A stretch of 64,000 bases of DNA from an uncultured Clostridia bacterium (GTDB lineage Bacteria > Bacillota > Clostridia > TANB77 > CAG-508): contig CALXVT010000006.1 of assembly GCA_944392175.1 (NCBI GenBank), positions 1,077 to 65,076 of the forward strand, in the 5' to 3' direction. Numbering within the stretch: position 1 is the first letter of the stretch; every line of letters begins with the position of its first letter. This document shows, in pieces, positions 26,335 through 35,547 of the stretch. The notes under the pieces were generated by a model that ran no database searches, was not told the origin of the DNA, and saw nothing but the letters and a program-made list of their open reading frames with translations. The translations under genes were made by a program, and so were the position numbers.

Positions 26335-26712
26335 ATGAATATAGACTTTCAAAAAGAAAAGGAACGGATTGAATTAAAACATTCCACATACGTTGGAAGT
26401 ATAGGAATATATATGGAATTTAGTGAAAAAGTAGAAGATACAGCATTTAAATATTATTTATATAATGGAATTAGAGAAGATGAAGCTGTAAATTTCATTT
26501 CTAGTATGTTTTCGAGCATAGTAGAAGAACAAATGAAAGATCAAAAAAGATTAGAAATTGAAAAAAATTTATTCCGAATATGTAACAAGGAATATATTTT
26601 TGATATTTATGTTTATAATGACAAAACTTTCTTGTTCGATTGGAATCCTAAAATAGATGAATTGGACGCGGCGCTGTTATTATATTATGCAACTATAAAC
26701 TTGTCACAATGA
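26335..26712 (+). CDS. Hypothetical protein
   Basis: 125-aa ORF. RBS AAAGGAG. Followed by the long dyad TAAGCCGGTAC ... GTACCGGCTTA (26728-26775). Confidence 0.5.
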   Translation: MNIDFQKEKERIELKHSTYVGSIGIYMEFSEKVEDTAFKYYLYNGIREDEAVNFISSMFSSIVEEQMKDQKRLEIEKNLFRICNKEYIFDIYVYNDKTFLFDWNPKIDELDAALLLYYATINLSQ

Positions 26713-26937
26713 ATATATATTCCAAAGCTATAAGCCGGTACAAAAATCAGTGTTAGATTAATGTACCGGCTTATATTAGTTCAGAATTAACCTTTTACAG
26801 TTTTATTCTTTCTCGTTATAAGAAAAAAGGATTTCTAATTCATTTCGTGAATTTTCATTGTTTGACATTACAATTCTTATACCTCCATTGTAAAATGAGA
26901 ATCTTTAGATATAGTAAATTATTTGATTAATATTAAT

Positions 26938-26965
26938 CTTACAAAAATGTAAGATTATTGTAAGC
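26938..26965 (+). promoter_or_regulatory. Candidate BceR-like response-regulator binding site upstream of the ABC operon
   Basis: Inverted repeat CTTACAaaaaTGTAAG (26938-26953) and direct repeat TGTAAG-N5-TGTAAG (26948-26964). An extended -10 TGTATAAA lies at 26975-26982. Confidence 0.4.
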
Positions 26966-27033
26966 TAAATAAATTGTATAAAAAATAATAAACAGTATAA
27001 TAGAATTAAAGTTAAATAAGAGAGGAGATATAT

Positions 27034-27801
27034 ATGGAAAAAGTATTAGAAGTTAGGAACATAGAAAAATACTATGGGAATAAATCAAACTTAACAAAAG
27101 CAATTGATAATATAAGTTTTGATATACAAAAAGGTGAGTTTGTAGGAATTATGGGAGCTTCTGGCTCAGGAAAAACTACACTTTTAAATTGTATATCTAC
27201 AATAGATAGAGTAACAGCAGGAAAGATAGTTATAAATAATCAAGATATAACTAAACTAAAAGGTAATAAATTAAATAAATTTAGAAGAGAAGAATTAGGA
27301 TTTATATTTCAAGATTTTAATTTATTAGACACATTAACAGCATATGAAAATATAGCTTTAGCACTTACAATACAAAGAGTAAAGCCAAAAGAAATAGAAA
27401 AGAGAGTGCAGGAAATAGCGAAAAAATTAGAAATTACAGATATTTTAAATAAATATCCATACCAAATTTCTGGAGGACAAAAGCAAAGAGTTGCATCAAG
27501 TAGAGCAATAATAACAAAGCCTAAATTAGTTTTAGCAGATGAACCAACAGGAGCACTAGATAGTAAATCTGCAAGACAATTATTAGAAAGTTTTGAAGAC
27601 TTAAATAAAAAATTAAATGCAACGATTTTGATGGTTACGCACGATTCATTTACCGCAAGCTATGCAAATAGAATTTTATTTATAAAAGACGGAAAAATCT
27701 TTAATGAACTTATAAAAGGAGATAGTTCAAGAAAAGAATTTTTTGAAAAAATAATTGAAGTTCAAACTCTATTAGGAGGTGAACTTGGAGATGTTATTTA
27801 A
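27034..27801 (+). CDS. ABC transporter ATP-binding protein (BceA-like)
   Basis: Walker A GASGSGKTT, signature SGGQKQR, Walker B LVLADEPTG. Confidence 0.9.
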   Translation: MEKVLEVRNIEKYYGNKSNLTKAIDNISFDIQKGEFVGIMGASGSGKTTLLNCISTIDRVTAGKIVINNQDITKLKGNKLNKFRREELGFIFQDFNLLDTLTAYENIALALTIQRVKPKEIEKRVQEIAKKLEITDILNKYPYQISGGQKQRVASSRAIITKPKLVLADEPTGALDSKSARQLLESFEDLNKKLNATILMVTHDSFTASYANRILFIKDGKIFNELIKGDSSRKEFFEKIIEVQTLLGGELGDVI

Positions 27802-29857
27802 ATTATCATTTAAAAACATGAAAAAAACTATTAAAGATTTTGCAATCTACTTTTTAACATTAGCACTAGGTGTTGCTATCTTTTATATGTTTAATTCATT
27901 AGATAGTCAGCAAGCAATGCTGCAAGTATCAAATTCTACAAGAGAGTTAATAAAACTAATGATAACAATGCTTGGTTTTGTATCTGTTTTTGTAGCGATT
28001 ATTTTAGGACTTTTAATTGTATATGCAAATAATTTCTTAATAAACAGAAGAAAAAGAGAATTTGGAACATATATGTTACTTGGAATGAGTAAAGGGCAAA
28101 TCTCTAGGATATTATTAATGGAAACAATTTTAGTTGGAATAATTTCATTAATTGTAGGATTAATTGCTGGTATATTTGCGTCACAATTTATGTCAATATT
28201 AGTAGGAAAATTATTTGCAGCAGATATGAGTAAATTTGAATTTGTATTTTCAAAAGATGCTTGCATAAAGACATGTATTTATTTTGCAGTAATGTATATT
28301 GCAGTAATGATATTTAATACATTTACAATTTCAAGATATAAATTAATAAATTTATTAAATGCATCAAAAAAGAATGAAAAAATTAAAATAAAAAATCTTT
28401 GGGTATGTATACTAGTTTTTATTATAGGTGCAGTAATGCTTGGATATGCATATTACAAAGTAACAGGTGGAATTTCAGAATTATCAACAGAAGAAAAAAT
28501 GTTACCAGTTATATTAATGGGAATTATAAGTACAATATTAATCTTTTGGTCAGTATCAGGATTTATTCTTAAAATTGTACAATTAAGAATAAATATTTAC
28601 TTAAAAGATGTTAATATGTTTGTTTTAAGACAATTACACAATAAAATAAATACGACTGTTGTAAGTATGTCTGTAATTTGTTTAATGCTATTTATGACAA
28701 TAACAATATTATCATCAGCATTGTCATTAAATAGTACAATGAGAAGAGATTTAGAAGAAATGACACCTGTAGATTTGAATTTGTACAAAACAGCTAATTT
28801 ACCAGAAAATAAAAAAATGTCAAAAGCTCAAATAGAAGATTCAAGAAAAACAATGGTTCAAACATTAGAAGAAAATGGTTTTGATATGAATAATCTTAAA
28901 GATGTAGTAGAAATTCCAATTTATGCGACAAATAAGTTAACATGGAAAGATACATTAAGCCCGGTATATGATGAAGTGAAAAAACAATTTCCAAATCTTT
29001 TATATGAAACAGCAGAAGAATTAGTTAAGGTATCTGATTATAATAAAATTGCAAGATTATATGGAACTACAGAATATAACTTAAATGATGATGAATATGT
29101 AATTTTATGCGATTTTGATAATATGGAAAATCTTAGAAATCAAGCTTTAAAGGTAGATAGCAGGATAAATATAGCTGGCAAGGAATATAAATCAAAATAT
29201 GACGAGTGCCAAGAAGGATATTTAGAAATGGCAGCTAGTCATATAAATACAGGAATAATATTAGTTCCAGATAATTGTGACTTAACAGAAGATATGAAAG
29301 AAGAAACATTTTTAGCTGCAAATTATAATGCAGATACAGAGGAAGAAAAAGAAGAAATAGAAAAAATTTTTACCGATGAAATGAATTCAGAATTAAATAA
29401 AAATTTAGAAGAAAAAGAAATTACAATAGATGGTATGACAAAAATATCTATTATAGAATCTAGTTTAGGTATTTCAACAATTGTATTATTTATGGCAATA
29501 TATTTAGGAATAATATTCTTAATTGCAAGTTCTGCAATATTAGCATTAAAGCAATTAACAGAAAGCTCTGATAATAAACAAAGATATACAATTTTAAGAA
29601 AAATTGGAGCAGATGAAAAAATGATAAATGGAGCATTATTTAAACAAATAGGAATATTTTTCTTAATGCCATTAATATTAGCAATTATTCATTCTATATT
29701 TGGAATACAATTTGTTTTGAGTATGATGAGTGTACTTGCAGATGCAAAGGAATTATTACCATCAGTTATAGCAACTGCAATAGTAATTGGTGTAATTTAT
29801 GGAGCATATTTTATGGCAACATACCTAGGAAGTAAAAATATTATTAAAGAAGAATAG
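27779..29857 (+). CDS. FtsX-family ABC transporter permease (BceB-like, 10-TM type with a large extracellular domain)
   Basis: 692 aa: TM clusters, a central hydrophilic domain of about 230 aa, then a second FtsX-like TM cluster. The TAG stop lies within the repeat copy at 29853-29889. Confidence 0.85.
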   Translation: MNLEMLFKLSFKNMKKTIKDFAIYFLTLALGVAIFYMFNSLDSQQAMLQVSNSTRELIKLMITMLGFVSVFVAIILGLLIVYANNFLINRRKREFGTYMLLGMSKGQISRILLMETILVGIISLIVGLIAGIFASQFMSILVGKLFAADMSKFEFVFSKDACIKTCIYFAVMYIAVMIFNTFTISRYKLINLLNASKKNEKIKIKNLWVCILVFIIGAVMLGYAYYKVTGGISELSTEEKMLPVILMGIISTILIFWSVSGFILKIVQLRINIYLKDVNMFVLRQLHNKINTTVVSMSVICLMLFMTITILSSALSLNSTMRRDLEEMTPVDLNLYKTANLPENKKMSKAQIEDSRKTMVQTLEENGFDMNNLKDVVEIPIYATNKLTWKDTLSPVYDEVKKQFPNLLYETAEELVKVSDYNKIARLYGTTEYNLNDDEYVILCDFDNMENLRNQALKVDSRINIAGKEYKSKYDECQEGYLEMAASHINTGIILVPDNCDLTEDMKEETFLAANYNADTEEEKEEIEKIFTDEMNSELNKNLEEKEITIDGMTKISIIESSLGISTIVLFMAIYLGIIFLIASSAILALKQLTESSDNKQRYTILRKIGADEKMINGALFKQIGIFFLMPLILAIIHSIFGIQFVLSMMSVLADAKELLPSVIATAIVIGVIYGAYFMATYLGSKNIIKEE

Positions 29858-29889
29858 GGATGAGAGGACAGTCCTTAAAATCCCTATTT
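29853..29889. repeat. REP-like palindromic element, TAGGGAT-arm subfamily
   Basis: AATAGGGATGAGAGGACAGTCCTTAAAATCCCTATTT. Confidence 0.8.
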
Positions 29890-29924
29890 ATGGAAAATAT
29901 TATAATTATGAAAGGATGAATGTA

Positions 29925-30278
29925 ATGGATGATATAAAAGGAAAAATTCCAACGATTATAGCAGTTATAGCAATTATTGCTTTACTTTTTATAGTATTTT
30001 ATTTAGTTTTTGAACAAAAAAGTGAATATTATGTGCAAGTAGATAATTCTAAAATAGAACAAATTTCTAGAACAGATAATATGAAATACAAATATACTTT
30101 AACTGGTTATAATAAAAATGGAAATTCTAAAGAATTAGAATTTAATACAAGTAGAGAATTAAGAGAAGGAGCATATTTAAAGTTAGATGTAATGTTGCTA
30201 AGAGGAGTAATTAATTGGAAAGAAGTCGAATTAAATGAATTGCCTGAAAAAACAAAAAAAGTGATGAATAATGAATGA
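29925..30278 (+). CDS. YxeA family protein (DUF1093)
   Basis: N-terminal TM, then EYYVQVDN ... YKYTLTGYNKNGNSKELEFNTSRELREGAYLKL ... WKEV. This matches the YxeA-type pattern often found beside Bce-type modules. Confidence 0.75.
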   Translation: MDDIKGKIPTIIAVIAIIALLFIVFYLVFEQKSEYYVQVDNSKIEQISRTDNMKYKYTLTGYNKNGNSKELEFNTSRELREGAYLKLDVMLLRGVINWKEVELNELPEKTKKVMNNE

Positions 30279-30313
30279 AAAGACAACTTTAATAAAAGTT
30301 GTCTTTTCATTCA
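30273..30313 (+). terminator. Rho-independent terminator
   Basis: GAATGAAAAGACAACTT ... AAGTTGTCTTTTCATTC. Overlaps the stop codon. Confidence 0.8.
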
Positions 30314-30425
30314 TTAATAAATATTAATTTATTGGATAAAAAAAGAGAAAAAAATAGTAAAAAAGGTTGTCAAAAAATGAACTTAATGATAACATATTTT
30401 ATGAATTAGCAAAGGAGAAGAGAAT

Positions 30426-31499
30426 ATGAGTAAACATGCTAGAAGAATGGCTGAAGATGAGCCAAAAATGGAAAAAAAACAAAGAAAAGGATTAAGAATC
30501 TTTTTAAAAATAATTTTAATTTTAATAATTATTATAGTGGTTTTATTAGGAGCAGGATTTGGATTTATTAATAGTAAATTATCAAAAATGCAACAAGTAG
30601 ATATTAATGAAGAAAACTTAAGTATTAATGAACAAACTAGTGAAAATTTAAAAGAATATAGAAATATAGCTTTATTTGGAGTAGACAGTAGAAGTGATAA
30701 TTTAGGAAAAGGAAATAGAAGTGATTGTATAATAATTGCAAGTATAAATGAATCTACTGGTAATGTAAACTTGATTTCAGTTTATAGAGATACATACGTA
30801 GATATTGAGGGACATGGATTAGATAAGATTACACATGCCTATTCTTATGGAGGTCCAGAACTTGCAATAAAAACATTAAATGAAAACTTAGATCTAAATA
30901 TCACAGAATTTGTAACAGTTAATTTTGATGTTGTTGCAGATGCTGTAAATGCTTTGGGTGGAGTTACAATTGATATTCAAAAAGACGAAATTAAATATTT
31001 AAATAGTTATTTAAATGAAACATCTAAAGTAACTGGATTAAAAACTTCAGAAATTACATCTGCTGGAAAACAAACTTTAGATGGTGTACAAGCAGTTGCA
31101 TATTCTAGAATTAGATATACAGCAGGAGGAGATTACAAAAGAACGGAAAGAATGAGAACGGTTCTAGAAGCAATGTTTGATAAAGTAAAAACAATGAGTA
31201 TTGGCGAAATAAATAATTTAGCTAATAAAATTTTACCAGAATTATATACAAATATTAATACAGGAGAAATATTAAGTTTAATACCAACTGCTCTTAAATT
31301 TAATGTAAATGAGAGTATTGGATGGCCATATAAAACAAAAGGTATAACTTTAGATAGATGGTATGGTGTACCAGTTACACTAGAATCAAATGTTGAACAA
31401 TTACATAAAGAAGTTTTTGGAGAAGAAGATTATGAAGCATCTTCTACAGTAAAAAATACAAGTAAAGATATAATAAATAAAACAGGATATAAAAAATAA
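30426..31499 (+). CDS. LytR-CpsA-Psr (LCP) family glycopolymer ligase
   Basis: N-terminal TM. NIALFGVDSR ... RSDCIIIASIN ... SVYRDTYV motifs. Confidence 0.88.
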   Translation: MSKHARRMAEDEPKMEKKQRKGLRIFLKIILILIIIIVVLLGAGFGFINSKLSKMQQVDINEENLSINEQTSENLKEYRNIALFGVDSRSDNLGKGNRSDCIIIASINESTGNVNLISVYRDTYVDIEGHGLDKITHAYSYGGPELAIKTLNENLDLNITEFVTVNFDVVADAVNALGGVTIDIQKDEIKYLNSYLNETSKVTGLKTSEITSAGKQTLDGVQAVAYSRIRYTAGGDYKRTERMRTVLEAMFDKVKTMSIGEINNLANKILPELYTNINTGEILSLIPTALKFNVNESIGWPYKTKGITLDRWYGVPVTLESNVEQLHKEVFGEEDYEASSTVKNTSKDIINKTGYKK

Positions 31500-31531
31500 A
31501 TTTTTAAATGTAATATAAAGGGGATTATAAA

Positions 31532-32236
31532 ATGAATAATACATATTTTAATATATATAATTCTGAAACAGCTACAAAAGTTGAAAACATAGATAATACC
31601 AAAATAAGAAATATTTCAACCGCTGAAAAATTTGTAAAAAGATTGGGAGATATAATTGCTGGATTAATAGGAATAATTTTATTAATTCCTATTACAATTG
31701 GAATTAAGATTGCCAATATAATTAACAAAGATTATGGACCTGTATTTTTAGTACAAAAAAGAATTGGAAAAGATGGTAAATTATTTAAGTTTTATAAATA
31801 TCGTTCTATGGTTGTAGGAGCAGATAAAAAATTAAAAGAGTTACTTGCAAATGATGAAGAGGCTAGAAAGGAATATAAAAAATATAAAAAATTACGAAAT
31901 GATCCAAGAATTACTAAAGTCGGTAATTTTATAAGAAAAACAAGTCTTGATGAGTTTCCACAATTTATAAATGTATTAAAGGGAGATATGAGTCTAGTTG
32001 GACCTAGACCATATCTTTACAGAGAAAAAAGAGATATGGGACAAGCATATTGGAGAATTGTTAAATGTAAACCTGGTTTAACTGGAATATGGCAAGTACG
32101 TGGAAGAAGTGATGTTGATTTTAACGAAAGAATTGAAATGGATTTGCAATATTATTATGAAAGATCAGCTAGACTAGATATAAAATTAATTCTACAAACA
32201 ATTAAAAAAGTAATTTTAAAAGAGGGAGCAATATAA
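31532..32236 (+). CDS. Undecaprenyl-phosphate sugar phosphotransferase (monotopic PGT, bacterial sugar transferase family)
   Basis: PVFLVQKRIGKDGKLFKFYKYRSM ... DPRITKVG ... LDEFPQFINVLKGDMSLVGPRP. Confidence 0.9.
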   Translation: MNNTYFNIYNSETATKVENIDNTKIRNISTAEKFVKRLGDIIAGLIGIILLIPITIGIKIANIINKDYGPVFLVQKRIGKDGKLFKFYKYRSMVVGADKKLKELLANDEEARKEYKKYKKLRNDPRITKVGNFIRKTSLDEFPQFINVLKGDMSLVGPRPYLYREKRDMGQAYWRIVKCKPGLTGIWQVRGRSDVDFNERIEMDLQYYYERSARLDIKLILQTIKKVILKEGAI

Positions 32237-32256
32237 ATAAGCAGAAAGGAAATAAC

Positions 32257-33051
32257 ATGAAAAATATAAAGATACTTATAGCAGCACATAAGGAATGTAA
32301 AGTTCCAGAAATAAAAGATTTTTATATTCCAATTTTAGTTGGAGCAAAAGGTAAGGATGACATAAAAGGATTTATTCGTGATGATGAAGGAGAAAATATA
32401 TCTGATAAAAACCCATTTTATTGTGAATTAACTGGGCTCTTTTGGGCGTGGAAGAACCTAGATTCAGAATATGTGGGTTTATGTCATTATAGGAGGTATT
32501 TTACATGCCAAAAAAAACTTCCAAAAACTGAAGATGAAAGAATAAAATGTGTTATAACAAAAGAGGAAACTAAAGAAAAATTAAAAAATGTGGATATAAT
32601 TTTACCTAAAAAAAGAAATTATTTAATAGAAAATTTATATTCACATTATAAACACACAATGTATATAGAACCATTAGATATTACAGGGGATATAATTAAA
32701 GAAAAATATCCAGAATATTATAAAGAATTTGAAAATTTAAAAAAGCGTAAAACTGCACACATGTTTAATATGTGTATTATGAAAAAAGAATATTTAGATG
32801 AATATTGTACATGGCTTTTTGATATTTTATTTGAATTAGAAAAAAGAGTTGATATTTCTAAATATGATACATTTCATGCTAGGTTTTTTGGAAGAGTGTC
32901 TGAACTTTTATTAGATGTTTGGCTTTATACAAAAGGCTATAAATATGAAGAAGTAAAAGTAATGGACTTGAAACCAGTAAATTGGATAAAAAAAGGAACA
33001 ATTTTTATATTAGCTAAATTTACTGGCAAAAAATATGATAAGAGTTTTTAA
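32257..33051 (+). CDS. DUF4422 domain glycosyltransferase-like protein
   Basis: KILIAAHK ... PILVGA ... LCHYRRYF pattern, typical of the DUF4422 family in exopolysaccharide loci. Confidence 0.65.
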   Translation: MKNIKILIAAHKECKVPEIKDFYIPILVGAKGKDDIKGFIRDDEGENISDKNPFYCELTGLFWAWKNLDSEYVGLCHYRRYFTCQKKLPKTEDERIKCVITKEETKEKLKNVDIILPKKRNYLIENLYSHYKHTMYIEPLDITGDIIKEKYPEYYKEFENLKKRKTAHMFNMCIMKKEYLDEYCTWLFDILFELEKRVDISKYDTFHARFFGRVSELLLDVWLYTKGYKYEEVKVMDLKPVNWIKKGTIFILAKFTGKKYDKSF

Positions 33052-33106
33052 TAAGAATTTTTATATCAAAATTAGTAAAATTTAGTACAGAAAGGAAACT
33101 AAAAAA

Positions 33107-34534
33107 ATGAAAATCTTGTATTATAACTGGACTCAATTTGATAATAGCAATAATCAAGGTGGAGGAGTTAATATATATCAAAAAAATTTAATTGATTATC
33201 TGATTAAAAATACAAATAATGAAATTTATTTTTTGAGTTCTGGTATATATTATGACATAATAAATAAAAGAACATACATAAAGCAATCAAGAAATATATA
33301 TGGTGATAAATGTAAAACATTCAAATTAATTAATTCAAAATGTTTAGCACCAGCAAATGCGATGCATGATGAGCTTAATACATATTTGAATGATAATGAA
33401 GATTATGAAGTTTTAAAGAAGTTTATAAATAAATGCGGAGGTTTTGATGTTATTCATTTTAATAATATAGAAGGTTTATCATTAAATTGTTTAAAAATAA
33501 AGAAAGATTTTCCTAACACGAAAGTTGTTTATTCGCTACATAATTATTTTTTTTGCTGTCCAAAAGTGAATTTATTTTATAATGACGAAAAAAATTGTTT
33601 AGATTATCAAGGTGGGGAACTATGCAAGAAGTGCTTAAAAAATATTGTATCAAAAAATAAAATTATTATGTTCTATAAAATTGATAGATTATCAGAAAAA
33701 TTACATATGACCAAGCTAAACAATAAAATTAGATGGTATGCAAAAAATTTACTAAAAAAATTAAAAAAGAAAAATAAACAGAAGAATAGCTATGAAAAGA
33801 TAAATATTAATTCTGATTTTAAGAAATTTAGAGAGAAAAGTATAGATGTAATAAATAAATATGTTGATGTTGTATTAGCAGTTTCAAATAGAGTTAGAGA
33901 TATTGCAATAAAATATGGAATACAACAGGAGAAAGTTTTTACAGATTATATAGGAACTAAAGTTGCAGAAACAGAGAATTTGGTTAATAGAATAAATAAT
34001 AGTCAAGAATTAAATATTGCTTATATGGGCTACTTCAATAAGCAAAAAGGATTTGATTTTTTAGTAGATGCACTTGAAAAAATGCCAGAAGAAATAGCAA
34101 AAAAAATAAACTTTTTTTGCTATGCAAGGGTGCAGGATGAAAATGATAAAATAAATGTAGCAAAAATAAAAAAGTTAAATGGAAAATTAAAGTCTGCTGT
34201 TCATTTTAATGGGTATAATCATCAAGATTTACCAGAAATTTATAAAAATATAGATTTAGGAATAGTTCCAGTTATTTGGGAAGATAATCTTCCACAAGTT
34301 GCTATTGAATATGTTGCTTATGGAGTACCAGTTTTATGTAGTGATTTGGGTGGAGCTCAAGAATTATCTGAAGCCAAAGAATTTGTGTTTAAAGCGGGAG
34401 ATATAGAGGATTTTCAAGAAAAAATTGCTAATATTATAAATAATAGGGATTTGTTAAAAAAATATTTTGAAAAAAAGAAGAAACTTACAACGATGGAAGA
34501 ACATGTAAATTCATTAATGAAATTTTATAAATAA
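33107..34534 (+). CDS. Glycosyltransferase family 4 (GT-B)
   Basis: C-terminal E-x7-E region (WEDNLPQVAIEYVAYGVPVLCSDLGGAQEL). Confidence 0.8.
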   Translation: MKILYYNWTQFDNSNNQGGGVNIYQKNLIDYLIKNTNNEIYFLSSGIYYDIINKRTYIKQSRNIYGDKCKTFKLINSKCLAPANAMHDELNTYLNDNEDYEVLKKFINKCGGFDVIHFNNIEGLSLNCLKIKKDFPNTKVVYSLHNYFFCCPKVNLFYNDEKNCLDYQGGELCKKCLKNIVSKNKIIMFYKIDRLSEKLHMTKLNNKIRWYAKNLLKKLKKKNKQKNSYEKININSDFKKFREKSIDVINKYVDVVLAVSNRVRDIAIKYGIQQEKVFTDYIGTKVAETENLVNRINNSQELNIAYMGYFNKQKGFDFLVDALEKMPEEIAKKINFFCYARVQDENDKINVAKIKKLNGKLKSAVHFNGYNHQDLPEIYKNIDLGIVPVIWEDNLPQVAIEYVAYGVPVLCSDLGGAQELSEAKEFVFKAGDIEDFQEKIANIINNRDLLKKYFEKKKKLTTMEEHVNSLMKFYK

Positions 34535-34546
34535 TAGGTGAAAAAT

Positions 34547-35539
34547 ATGAACGTAATAGATTTTGTAATACTTTGGGTGGATGGAAATGATCTGGAATGG
34601 AGAAAAGAAAAAGCAAAATATGAAAATAATGCTACTAGTGATGATAGAGATATTAGATATAGGGACTGGGATAATTTGCAATTTTGGTTTAGGGGAGTAG
34701 AAAAATTTGCTCCATGGGTAAACAAAATTCATTTTGTAACATATGGTCATTTGCCTAAATGGTTAAATAAAAATAATAAAAAATTAAATATCGTTAATCA
34801 CAAAGATTTTATGCCACAAGGCAGTTTGCCAGTATTTAATTCAAATGCTTTAGAAGTAAATTTGCATAGAATAAAAGGCCTTGCAGAAAATTTTGTATAC
34901 TTTAATGATGATTTCTTTTTAATCAATAAAGTTAAAGAAGAAGATTTTTTTATTAAAGGAATTCCTTGTGATTCTGCGATAATGTCTCCAATTATACAAG
35001 AGAACAAAAATGGAATAGGAAACACTTTAACTAATAATGTAGCAATAATAAATGAATTCTTTAATAAAAAAGAGCAAATAAGTAAAAAAATTACGAATTG
35101 GTTTAATATTAAATATGGAATTGAAAACATTAAAAATTTATTGTTACTACCATGGCATGATTTTACAGGATTTTATGAATTGCATATTGCAAATAGTTAT
35201 TTGAAGAAAACATATGAAGAAGTATGGGAAAAAAACAAAAAAGAATTAACAGCAACGACTTTTGATAAATTTAGAAATCCAAGAGTAGATGTTAATCAAT
35301 GGATTTTTAGAGATTGGCAAATAGCAAGTAATAATATAGTCCCTAGGAGTATAAAGTTTGGACATCATTTTAATTTAGAAGAATCATTTGATGAAGCTAT
35401 AAAAGCAATAATAAATCAAAAATATAAAATAATATGTTTAAATGATTCAAATAACATTAATAACTTTGAAGAAAAAAAAGAAAAAGTAAGTCAAGCTTTT
35501 AATAGAATATTACCAAAAAAATCATCATTTGAATTATAG
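34547..35539 (+). CDS. Stealth family sugar-1-phosphate transferase
   Basis: CR1 IDFVILWVDGND. CR2 APWVNKIHFVTYGHLPKWL ... LPVFNSNALE ... FVYFNDDFFL. Confidence 0.85.
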   Translation: MNVIDFVILWVDGNDLEWRKEKAKYENNATSDDRDIRYRDWDNLQFWFRGVEKFAPWVNKIHFVTYGHLPKWLNKNNKKLNIVNHKDFMPQGSLPVFNSNALEVNLHRIKGLAENFVYFNDDFFLINKVKEEDFFIKGIPCDSAIMSPIIQENKNGIGNTLTNNVAIINEFFNKKEQISKKITNWFNIKYGIENIKNLLLLPWHDFTGFYELHIANSYLKKTYEEVWEKNKKELTATTFDKFRNPRVDVNQWIFRDWQIASNNIVPRSIKFGHHFNLEESFDEAIKAIINQKYKIICLNDSNNINNFEEKKEKVSQAFNRILPKKSSFEL

Positions 35540-35547
35540 GAGTTTGT

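Noticed and set aside
26803-26868. A minus-strand 21-codon ORF (MSNNENSRNELEILFSYNEKE) upstream of the BceAB-like operon.
   Set aside because: The GGAGGT is 12 nt from the ATG. The ORF is very short and has no recognisable feature or supporting structure. It is probably chance.
22189-27033. Whether the island between the Bce genes is a prophage remnant, an integrative element or a transposon.
   Set aside because: I found no integrase, recombinase, transposase, terminal inverted repeats or flanking direct repeats. Only the compositional and promoter evidence remains, so it is reported as an island of unknown origin.
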